This document shows, piece by piece, positions 10,801 to 18,500 of a DNA stretch of 27,143 nucleotides (position 1 is its first letter; the number at the start of each line of letters is the position of its first letter). The position numbers were made by a program, and so were the translations under genes. This DNA comes from a virus. Its lineage: Duplodnaviria; Caudoviricetes. The notes under the pieces were generated by a model. That model had not been told where the DNA came from. It saw nothing but the letters and a program-made list of their open reading frames with translations, and ran no database searches. Where the stretch lies: IMG/VR virus record IMGVR_UViG_3300020306_000016, positions 1 through 27,143 of that record, one strand, 5' to 3'.

Positions 10801-11181
10801 AACTATACTAGAACTTTTGTTGGTGACTTTACTGGTAACTACAGTAGAGTTCTCGCAAGAACGGCAACACTAAGTTTTGCTAGAGAGTTCATAGGTAACT
10901 ATACTGATGATTTCCAAAGGACAAGAAGTTCTGCCTTCCTTGCTACCGAAGGATTCAGTAGAGACTTCGAAGGTAATTTTGAAGGTAACTTTGCAGGTGA
11001 CTTTACTAGAAACTTTGAAGGTAACTACGCAAGAGGGTTCGAAGGAGCATACGCAGGAGCATATGTAAGAGATTTTATTGGTGACTTCACTGGTAACTTT
11101 ATAGGTAATTACACTGGTGGTATAATAACAACTCCTACAGAGATTATCAATACATATACCCTATACGCTAAAAAGGCATAA
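7855..11181 (+). CDS. Putative fibre/spike protein A (1108 aa) with tetrapeptide-repeat arms and an inserted tip domain; paralog of 11190..13199
   Basis: Shares blocks with the next ORF (DYLAHKVG/EYIAYQAG, NTTLY/TTTLY, EMDSD..../ELDSG, GLQEM/GIQEM, GTWVAKGTATDTR/GTWVAMGTATDTR, TYTLYAKKA/TYTLYLRTA). C-terminal half is x-[G/R/S]-[N/D/T]-[F/Y/R/S] repeats. Located in the structural operon. Confidence 0.7.
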   Translation: MSYGNAIPIRLKDSSDVTKGLQRFNSSDEDYLAHKVGPLLVQSDSNNHGALGIFRYDSTALGLGTLVNTILDQNVGAGGNSSVTITQDNTTLYRTNRQTQIAQSATIGGINHFHPASMDSDGKGRMVISEMDSDQFGTLVDRINGKVIDSDLIGAYKLAVGSSSGGSQSGYTEVLPNFFGDTIRDSADSSSNLTNYSIWQRTSGTTTPSTRKPLFFKRGDSDEVPVPNVQFYRDSTAPHDSAGASVFNFQRNDILKRPVVGFRKYTTDSAGANSAFNLYPDKKTLVKLFGNHNNTTSENRMSRFKTNYLITDNSSLDSANATFSASDRISFFSGRSDSDAIGYSENKLRGVKIKTKRFSNVADYGGVTSAIRNSSAVQNLKDSNGYHTFEVLFDKNTKFNLKSFDSASHGYGMGSGFYQSNTGSRWQNRFPVEGSSYLEVDSAGFTNVSSATRTLIDAIKTANSGILPAAFDANPLNNSNSMGALDSDQISLLTFRDFKGLQEMDSDAIRGSIGGRARLRMQFPDRVGSYAVLSAVQGTPLDNGFTGTWVAKGTATDTRRVVADTQNYTRDRTENFSRDFEGDFAGEYSRTRSSNYLRLRTSNYTRDFVSNRVTTRTSSYSAGFLGNYSRNFTRNSTNTFTGNFTRTSTYSSGFIGNFTGDYTGNIAYTGDFVGDYQQTASGHAAGTTITASPLGHISTYSWRQATIGGQQVAGYWGGGYKTYTNSTSTVQYYIAFNSDDDGEGDYYWDYAVFALKPSTTATFWIDGNGGCMAPTISVGGVSQNISTSTKARAIHYECSSEDFNYPNFPYSSSVSSLPLGTYPTYTRTSTRTSNVPTDYSRNRVTNYTGNFARVLTFTQDFTGDFTGNFAGEFTRISPGNFARDFVGDYTGDFTRTRASLYTRDSVFLAYQNYTRVAQVNYVSDYVGNYVGNFTRVSVSNAGNDIVAYLGPDPAASFYGDTGEYEYLGPARFTGNYGRIFAANYTRTFVGDFTGNYSRVLARTATLSFAREFIGNYTDDFQRTRSSAFLATEGFSRDFEGNFEGNFAGDFTRNFEGNYARGFEGAYAGAYVRDFIGDFTGNFIGNYTGGIITTPTEIINTYTLYAKKA
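9547..11124 (+). repeat. Coding tetrapeptide (12-nt period) repeat arrays interrupted by a 149-aa and a 35-aa non-repetitive insert
   Basis: Units such as TGNF, TGDY, TRDF, TRTS, SRTR. Non-repetitive inserts at 9883-10329 and 10666-10770. Confidence 0.9.
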
Positions 11182-11184
11182 ATA
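11177..11184 (+). promoter_or_regulatory. Late-promoter-like CATAAATA overlapping the stop codon
   Basis: 7/8 match to TATAAATA, 5 nt before the ATG at 11190, which has no obvious Shine-Dalgarno. Confidence 0.35.
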
Positions 11185-11189
11185 GTGTT

Positions 11190-13199
11190 ATGGGTAATGT
11201 AGCACTTAGATTAGATTCGGCAAACGATGGAGACCTGAAAGAAATTTCTTCGGTTCAAGAAGAATATATTGCTTATCAGGCAGGTGTTTTTATCGCACAA
11301 CAAGACTCTGCTTTTGTTGGTAATCTGGGAATAATCGATACAAGTGACCGTAACATTGGAACACTTACAGATACTTACTTTACTGGTTCTGAAGGTGACC
11401 ACGGATTTGCAGGTGGTAATGCAACACTAACAACCGATACTACAACTTTATATCAGAAACTTGGTATTAACTTTGAACCTGATAGTGCAGGGTCGGTAAG
11501 ACGAATACCCATAGAATTTGTAGATAATAGTGGTACACCTGAAATACATGAACTTGATTCAGGTGAGATTGATGCTCTTACTGATAGATTAAAAGCAATC
11601 TTATTCTCAAAACAATATGCAGGTGTATATAAGATTGGGTCAACCTCTCCAGGCGCTAACTATTCTGCACAAGGAGTAGTGTTCACTGATACTAGGTCTA
11701 CAGGTGCAAGTCCAGTATCGATTGACTATAGTCTTTATCTAAAAGACTCAGATACATCAATAAAACCAACCACAATTAGACCCACCTATCTAAAGAAAGC
11801 AAACGGATTTACTGGTAGTTTCTCAGGAATCCAAGAGATGACCGATGTGGAAATCGGTGATACTTTTGGTCGTAGGATGGGTAGTAGGGTCATGAACTCT
11901 ACAAATGGTGTTGGTGCTTACCTAATTAAAAGTGCAACTCAGGGTGCGCCTAGTGAAACTGGTACTTGGGTTGCTATGGGGACTGCCACAGATACAAGGC
12001 AGGGGACAGTCAATACAGATTATACTAGGAACTTTACAAGAACCAGAACATCAAATTATGGTGAAGCATTTACCAGAGATTTTGCAGGTAATTACATAGG
12101 TAACTTTACTGGAGATTATACCAGAGATTTTATAGGTGACTATTCCAGAAACTATGAGGATGATTATCAAAGAACATCTACTAGAGACTCTACAGTAGAT
12201 AGGTCAAGCACATACACCAGAACTTCGACAAGAACTAGAACCTCTTCATACACCACAGATTTCGAAGGTAATTACGCAAGGAACTTTGAAGGTAATTATG
12301 CAAGAAACTTCAGTGCTGATTACACCAGAACTTCAACTAGAACAAGGTCTAGTGCTGATGGTACGACATATACTGGTAACTACACTGGGGACTTTACAGG
12401 TAACTATGCAACAAACTACTTAGGGAATGCCGCCTATACTGGTAACTTTGGGGGTAACTTCGCAGGTAACTATGCTCGTAACTTCTCTGCAAACTATGCT
12501 CGTGCTTTTACTCGTGCTAGAGCAGTTACCTATACTGGTAACTTTGTAGGTAACTATTCCAGAAGTGACTCATTTTATGGATTAACATTTAATTACACAA
12601 GAACTCGTGTAACAAACTATGTTGGTAACTTTACAGGTAACTATGCAAGAAATTATCTAGGTAACTATGCTCGTGCATATACCAGAACTTCGACAAGAGA
12701 TTCGACAAGAACAAGTAATAACGCAGACGGTACAACATACACAGGTGACTTTACAAGAAATTCAACCAGAACATCAAGCACAAATTTCTTAGGGAATGCT
12801 GATTACGCAGGTAACTTTACAGGTAATTATACTGGTAACTATGCTAGAAACTATAGTGCTAACTATGCGAGAAACTATGTTGCCACATACACTGGTGACT
12901 TCACTAGAGACTTCGCAGGTGATTACACAGGCAACTATGCCAGAGCATTTACAGGTAACTTTGCAGGTGAATTCTTAGGTAATTACATAGGTAATTACTC
13001 TCGTGATTTCACAAGAACTAGAACATCAAACTATACTAGAGATAGTCAACGAGATAGTCAAAGAACCAGAACATCAAGTTATTCTGAAAGTTTTAGTAGA
13101 AACTTTGAAGGGAATTATACAGGAGATTTTGCAGGGACAACAATTAGTAACTTTATAGGAAGTGTAGAAACATATACTCTATATCTAAGAACTGCATAA
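11190..13199 (+). CDS. Putative fibre/needle protein B (669 aa) with a symmetric tetrapeptide-repeat hairpin; paralog of 7855..11181
   Basis: About 275-aa N-terminal domain homologous to protein A, then 377 aa of tetrapeptide repeats, then a short C-terminal strand TYTLYLRTA. Confidence 0.7.
   Translation: MGNVALRLDSANDGDLKEISSVQEEYIAYQAGVFIAQQDSAFVGNLGIIDTSDRNIGTLTDTYFTGSEGDHGFAGGNATLTTDTTTLYQKLGINFEPDSAGSVRRIPIEFVDNSGTPEIHELDSGEIDALTDRLKAILFSKQYAGVYKIGSTSPGANYSAQGVVFTDTRSTGASPVSIDYSLYLKDSDTSIKPTTIRPTYLKKANGFTGSFSGIQEMTDVEIGDTFGRRMGSRVMNSTNGVGAYLIKSATQGAPSETGTWVAMGTATDTRQGTVNTDYTRNFTRTRTSNYGEAFTRDFAGNYIGNFTGDYTRDFIGDYSRNYEDDYQRTSTRDSTVDRSSTYTRTSTRTRTSSYTTDFEGNYARNFEGNYARNFSADYTRTSTRTRSSADGTTYTGNYTGDFTGNYATNYLGNAAYTGNFGGNFAGNYARNFSANYARAFTRARAVTYTGNFVGNYSRSDSFYGLTFNYTRTRVTNYVGNFTGNYARNYLGNYARAYTRTSTRDSTRTSNNADGTTYTGDFTRNSTRTSSTNFLGNADYAGNFTGNYTGNYARNYSANYARNYVATYTGDFTRDFAGDYTGNYARAFTGNFAGEFLGNYIGNYSRDFTRTRTSNYTRDSQRDSQRTRTSSYSESFSRNFEGNYTGDFAGTTISNFIGSVETYTLYLRTA
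12012..13142 (+). repeat. Coding tetrapeptide repeat array: 44 units, 13-aa centre, 44 units
   Basis: 12012-12557 (182 aa), 12558-12596 (SRSDSFYGLTFNY), 12597-13142 (182 aa). Confidence 0.9.
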
Positions 13200-13202
13200 A
13201 TA
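13195..13202 (+). promoter_or_regulatory. Late-promoter-like CATAAATA
   Basis: 7/8 match to TATAAATA overlapping the stop of protein B, followed by an AT-rich spacer and AGGAG RBS before GTG at 13241. Confidence 0.4.
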
Positions 13203-13240
13203 AAACATATATATTATAAACACTATATTAGGAGATTGAA

Positions 13241-13693
13241 GTGGCAGATAGAAAATGGTTAGATAATGCTTTTTGGGAAACTCCCAGAAAACACATTCTA
13301 AATTGTATTAGTGAAGAAGACCTTGGTGGAAAGACCAGAAGGCAAGTTCACAAACTAGATAAATTTAATGAAGATGGAACAGAAAATGAAATCTTCAAGG
13401 AGTGTGTAGATTTCCTTGGGGTTGAATCAATTGATGCTTCTACTAAAAGAAGATATGAGACAAAAGCAAAAGAAGCAGAACTTAACAAACAAAGAAAACT
13501 TGAAGAAGCAAATTCTAAAAAGTTAGAAAAACTTTTCGAATACAAACTTGAAACTTTTGAGATTCCAGAAATCAAGGAATCAAAGAATCGTGCGTTGAAA
13601 AGTAAACTGCGTAGGTCTAAGTCAATACCTGAAGTAAATCTTTATGCTATGATGCTCGTGAAGGAATCAATTGAAAATGCAGAACAAGAGTAA
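13241..13693 (+). CDS. Hypothetical charged/helical protein (150 aa); possibly a fibre chaperone or accessory factor
   Basis: GTG start with AGGAG RBS; K/E-rich coiled-coil composition; overlaps the start of the glycosyltransferase. Function is inferred from position only. Confidence 0.6.
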   Translation: MADRKWLDNAFWETPRKHILNCISEEDLGGKTRRQVHKLDKFNEDGTENEIFKECVDFLGVESIDASTKRRYETKAKEAELNKQRKLEEANSKKLEKLFEYKLETFEIPEIKESKNRALKSKLRRSKSIPEVNLYAMMLVKESIENAEQE

Positions 13694-14420
13694 AGGATTT
13701 GTAATAGTTGCATCCAGAAATGTAAACTTTTACAAATATGCTTGTAACTTGATTTCAGGTATTCGTGATTTCTATGAAGACGCAAATATAACTCTTGTTA
13801 CTGAACCAAGATTTCTTGATGACAATCATGAAGCAGACAATGTAATACATTGTGATAATCACTATCGTGCCAAACTATGGGGTATGGCACAATCTCCATA
13901 TGATATCACGATGTATCTGGATGCTGACATGGATTGTGAACATGAGGATATCATTAAAGTTTGGGATGAGATGAAAGACTATGATATGGTGTTTCATCAA
14001 TTGACTCAAGAAAGAGAAAGGTTTTATGCAATACGAGAGTTTATATATGATGGTGGTATAGAGAAGTATACTTTATGTGGTGGGGTTTGTTTGTACCGTA
14101 GTGAGAATCCTTTGGTTATGGAGTTCATGTCTGATTGGTATGAATTATTTGTTCAACAACAAAGTAATCATTGGCAACCAAAAGGATTTGATGAATCACA
14201 ATGGAACAATGATTTGAAACATTTTGACCAAACAACCCTTTGGTGGTTAACAGAAAGAGTAGACAAATACAAAGACTTAAAGATAGGTATCTTTGAAGAT
14301 GATATAAGATGGAATTATTTTTCGCAGTATGCTCATGAAGGATTGAAATCTAAAGAAGGTAAACCACCTATCTTGAGACACTACTCAGGTTCTTTGAAAA
14401 AGGATGTGTTATTAGTATGA
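13677..14420 (+). CDS. Putative GT-A fold glycosyltransferase (GT8-like / nucleotide-diphospho-sugar transferase)
   Basis: N-terminal strand KGFVIVAS, SPYDITMYLDAD (DxD), CGGVCLY, FDQTTL (DQ motif), RWNY, ILRHYSG. This order of motifs matches GT8-like enzymes. ATG at 13677; alternative TTG at 13671. Confidence 0.75.
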   Translation: MQNKSKGFVIVASRNVNFYKYACNLISGIRDFYEDANITLVTEPRFLDDNHEADNVIHCDNHYRAKLWGMAQSPYDITMYLDADMDCEHEDIIKVWDEMKDYDMVFHQLTQERERFYAIREFIYDGGIEKYTLCGGVCLYRSENPLVMEFMSDWYELFVQQQSNHWQPKGFDESQWNNDLKHFDQTTLWWLTERVDKYKDLKIGIFEDDIRWNYFSQYAHEGLKSKEGKPPILRHYSGSLKKDVLLV

Positions 14421-15088
14421 TGAAAGATATCCCAATAAACAACCAAGAAGTTTTAGATGGTTTAAATAATTTCTTATGGATGTATGATGAAAGGGAAGAA
14501 ATACAAAAGAATTTTCGTTTACATTCACAAGGTGTAGATAAAGATTACTTTACAGGTGATGAATATCGTGATATAATAGTTAAGCAAGATACCCAACATG
14601 AGGGGTTTCCTGATGAGGGAAGAAACTATAATATGAAACCACAACAGATGGTAAAGAGTTCAAATGCTAATCCAGACTATGTTGCCAAAGCAATTAGTAA
14701 CTGGTCAAAATATTCAGGTAATCTACAAAATATTTTGTGTACAAGATTTAATGCATTAACAGTATTATATCCACCTAATGGGTTTCTTTCTTGGCATAAT
14801 AATTGTAATGCGTCTGCTTACAATTTAGTGTTTAGTTGGTCTGAGACTGGTGATAGTGATTTTAGGTATATGGATACTGAAACAGGTGATACTGTCATCA
14901 TGAAAGATGTAAAAGGATGGCAATGTAAGGCAGGATACTTCGGTTCATATGCTGACCCATGGACTAAAAGAGTGTATCATGCCGCTCGAACTGACTGTTG
15001 GAGAATGACAGTTTCCTTTATGTTTGACCAAAGTGCCATGTCTGAAGGCATTCAAGATGATGTAATTAGTGAAATAATGTTAAAATAG
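14417..15088 (+). CDS. Putative 2OG-Fe(II) oxygenase-like / double-stranded beta-helix protein (223 aa)
   Basis: YPPNGFLSWHNN (H-x-N where H-x-D is usual), distal YHAA and downstream WRMTVSF (R-x-T, 2OG-binding-like). ATGA overlap with the glycosyltransferase stop. Confidence 0.55.
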   Translation: MMKDIPINNQEVLDGLNNFLWMYDEREEIQKNFRLHSQGVDKDYFTGDEYRDIIVKQDTQHEGFPDEGRNYNMKPQQMVKSSNANPDYVAKAISNWSKYSGNLQNILCTRFNALTVLYPPNGFLSWHNNCNASAYNLVFSWSETGDSDFRYMDTETGDTVIMKDVKGWQCKAGYFGSYADPWTKRVYHAARTDCWRMTVSFMFDQSAMSEGIQDDVISEIMLK

Positions 15089-15111
15089 TAATTCTTAAAG
15101 CACAAAATTCA

Positions 15112-15119
15112 TATAAATA
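15112..15119 (+). promoter_or_regulatory. T4-type late promoter
   Basis: Exact TATAAATA in the intergenic region upstream of 15158. Confidence 0.8.
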
Positions 15120-15157
15120 AGAGTATTAGTTAAACACTCAATCATGGATTTTGTCGT

Positions 15158-15526
15158 ATGGCACTAACGAATTACGAAGACATAGTTATAAATCAAGGCA
15201 CAGACACCGCAATAGAGATTCACTTACAACATGATAGTGGGTCTGCCTTTGATTTGACTAGTAGGTCTGCATCTGCGAAAATGAAAAGAAGATTCGCAGA
15301 TTCGGCAAATGACCCAGATACCGTTGCGTTCAATGCAATCATTGCGACTCCACCCCAATCAGGAATCGTAACTCTATCCTTGACAAATACCCAAACTGAT
15401 GCTCTTAAAACAAGAGGAAGGTATGTATATGATGTAGAGATATCTCACACAGATAGTGATGGGAATACAATCATCCAAAGAGTATTAGAGGGACAAATAG
15501 AAGTGTCTCCTTCGGTAACAAAATAA
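15158..15526 (+). CDS. Small beta-sandwich virion protein (BppU-N-like fibre adaptor), 122 aa
   Basis: I.INQGTD, FDLT...A.AKMKR, G.VTLSLT..QT..LK.GRYVYDVEI, RVLEGQIEVSPSVT. This pattern precedes fibre genes in T4-like phages. Confidence 0.65.
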   Translation: MALTNYEDIVINQGTDTAIEIHLQHDSGSAFDLTSRSASAKMKRRFADSANDPDTVAFNAIIATPPQSGIVTLSLTNTQTDALKTRGRYVYDVEISHTDSDGNTIIQRVLEGQIEVSPSVTK

Positions 15527-15535
15527 GAGGTAGGT

Positions 15536-18500
15536 ATGACCGAAAAAATAGTTGTCAAGAAGGTTATAGTAGGCACACCTGTCAGGAAAGTTACGGCAGG
15601 TTCTTTTGCTGTCACAAACCTTGGTGGTGTAGATGTCACTGCTACAGAAAGTGATGGTTCTATACTTGCCTTTAAAAAGACCACCCAGAATTACGAAGTA
15701 ACAAAACTTACTGGTGACAGTGCATCTATACATGTTGCATATGATAGTGCAAACAGTGAATATGTATTCTCACTTGTAGGTAACAGAATTAATCAAAGTC
15801 TGATTCCAGATACAGATTCCGCATATGACCTAGGTGCATCCGATAAGAAATGGAAAGACCTTCACCTTAGTGGGGGTACAATAAACTTAGGTGGTCTTAG
15901 AATAAAAGACCAAAATGGTACATTTGTCGTTTCAGATAGTAGTGGAAATACTTTATTACAAAACACTAAATTTATCTCTGTCAAAGGTGACACGGATATT
16001 CTTGCGTATGATAGTTCAACATCAACAATAACATGGAATGATTCAGATGTAGCAAGAACAGATAGAATCGAAACATTCCACAAAGCAATTAAAGTTACAG
16101 ACAGTGCAGAGATTACAAGCAATCTGACTGTGGGTGGTAACCTGAATGTAACAGGTGACCTTGTATATGATGATATGACTGCTGACTCTGCAACCTTTAG
16201 TGGAAGTGTTGCGATTGGAACGAACCTAAGTGTAGGTGGTAATCTAAATGTCGCAGGTGATTTAGTCTATGATGACATGACTGCTGATAGTGCCACATTT
16301 GCAGGTACAGTTTCAGTAGGTACAAATATTACATCACCATTAGGTCGTATTGTCAACCTTACTGGTGATTCTGCCACAGTCACAAACATTGCAAATACCC
16401 AATTCACTGGGTCTCAAGCAACGATTGATTCTGCTGATATTACCACACTTAAAGTTGGTAATCTAGTAGTAACAAGTGGTGACTCTGCTACAATTACAAA
16501 CATTGCTAACACACAGTTCACTGGTTCTCAGGCAACCTTTGATTCCGCAAATATAGGTGGAGTCTCTATTGAGAACAATAATATTACTACCGAAGGTAAG
16601 ATATATTATGCTAATGTGTTTAACAATGAGGGAGACCTTCCAAGTGCAGATGCCTATCACGGTATGTTTGCCCATGTCCATGGAACTGGTCGTGGATATT
16701 TCGCACACGGTGGAGCATGGCATAGATTAGTTGATTCATCAATGACTGATGAACAACAAGTATTCAGATTATTCTCAAGTAATGCTAGAGTTACAAATGC
16801 ACAGATTGATAGTGCCACAGTAACTAATCTAGCAAATACTCAGTTAACAGGTTCACAAGCAACTTTTGATTCTGCGAACATTGGTGGTGTATCAATAGAA
16901 AACAATAATATCACCACAGGTGGTAAGATATACTATGCCAATGTATTCTCAACAGAAGGAGACTTACCAAGTGCAAGTGCCTATCATGGTATGTTTGCAC
17001 ATGTTCATGCAACAGGTAAAGGTTACTTTGCTCATGGTGGTGCATGGCATCAACTATTAGATAAGTCAAGTGCTAATGATAGTGCGACAATAACAAATCT
17101 AGCAAACACACAATTCACTGGGTCACAAGCAACAATTGACAGTGCAGATATCGGAACTCTAAAAGTTACTGGTAATGCTTCTGTTGTAGGTAATCTAGAT
17201 GTTACTGGTGACCTAAACTTTGATGATGTAACTGCTGATTCTGCATCCTTCAGTGGAACAGTATCAGTCGGAACAAATGTTACATCACCTAATGCAACAA
17301 TAACAAATATTACAAACACACAATTGACAGGTAGTCAAGCAACTCTTGATTCTGCCACAATTACTAACATTAGGTTCGATAATGTAGATGCACAGACAAC
17401 TACAACTATTAGAAACTTATTCTCTGCATCTGGAGACCTATCATATGATAGTGCTTCTGGACAGTTCTCGTTTGATGTAGAATCTGTTTATACTAAGGCA
17501 AACTTTGATAGTGACCTTGGTGATGCAAACACAGGACAACTTCCAGAAGGAACTAACCTCTATTATACTACTGCAAGAGCAGATAGTGCTTTTGATGTAA
17601 GACTTGCTACCAAATCAACAAGCAATCTAGCAGAGGGTTCAAACCTCTATCATACCGTAGAAAGAGTACAAGATATCGTAGGTGCTATGGTATCGTCTAA
17701 TACTGAGAGTGGTATTAGTGTAACTTACGAAGATGGAGATGGTACTTTAGACTTTAATGTCAATGACCCAACACTATCCTACACAGGAGATGTGACTGGT
17801 TCTGGAACTATGACCGACCTAGGCAATACAAGTATTGCTATGACTATTTCCGCAGGTGCGGTAGACAATGATATGTTATCAGGGTCAATCGCAAATGCTA
17901 AACTTACAAATTCAACTATTACAGTTTCAGATGGTTCAAATACAAGTCCAATAGCATTGGGTGGTACTCTAACATTCTCTGGAACAAGTAATGAAGTAGA
18001 AGTTGCAGAAAATGCAGGAACAGTAACAGTAGGATTACCAAGTGATGTCACAGTATCAAATGACTTAACAGTTAGTGGTAACTTGAATGTTAGTGGTACT
18101 ACGACTCAAACTGGTTCTGTGGTAACTGATAACAACTTCCAAGGTCTAACTAACTCTAATACAGGAAACGCAACTGACTTTGGTTTCTATGGTAAGTATG
18201 TAGAATCAAGCACAACTAAGTATGCAGGTATTTACTACGATGCATCGACAGACAACACATTTAGATTATTTACAGATACCCAAACAGTACCTTCAACAAC
18301 AGTCAATACTGGTGCTACAGGTTATACTGATGCAAATCTAGTTGTTAATAATATAACAGGTAATGATTTAGTTCTGTCAGGTAATCTGACCGTCAATGGG
18401 ACAACAGTAACTAACAGTGCTACCAATACAACTATCGAAGATGCATTGATAGAACTTGGTTCTGGTAATACTGGAGCAAACTCTAATGACCTAGGTCTTA

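Noticed and set aside
12320-12880. Simple direct duplication (ADGTTY...LGNAxY...SANYAR twice) as the sole explanation of the symmetry in protein B
   Set aside because: The duplication is probably real, but it does not explain the rule-abiding antiparallel pairing of the outer ~20 unit pairs or the exactly equal arm lengths.
9547-13142. 12-nt periodic DNA repeats as a CRISPR array, DGR template/variable repeat, or DNA inverted repeat explaining the protein symmetry
   Set aside because: Repeats are in-frame, degenerate at synonymous positions and have no spacers. No reverse transcriptase is present. The paired units are not reverse complements at DNA level (GGT AAC TAT versus AGA ACT AGA), so the symmetry is at protein level.
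9547-13142. Abundant N-Y-T / N-F-T / N-Y-S as N-glycosylation sequons for the adjacent GT
   Set aside because: N interchanges freely with D/E/A and the +2 residue is often A, L, I, V or E, so the sequons look like a by-product of the tetrad pattern. Not excluded, but unsupported.
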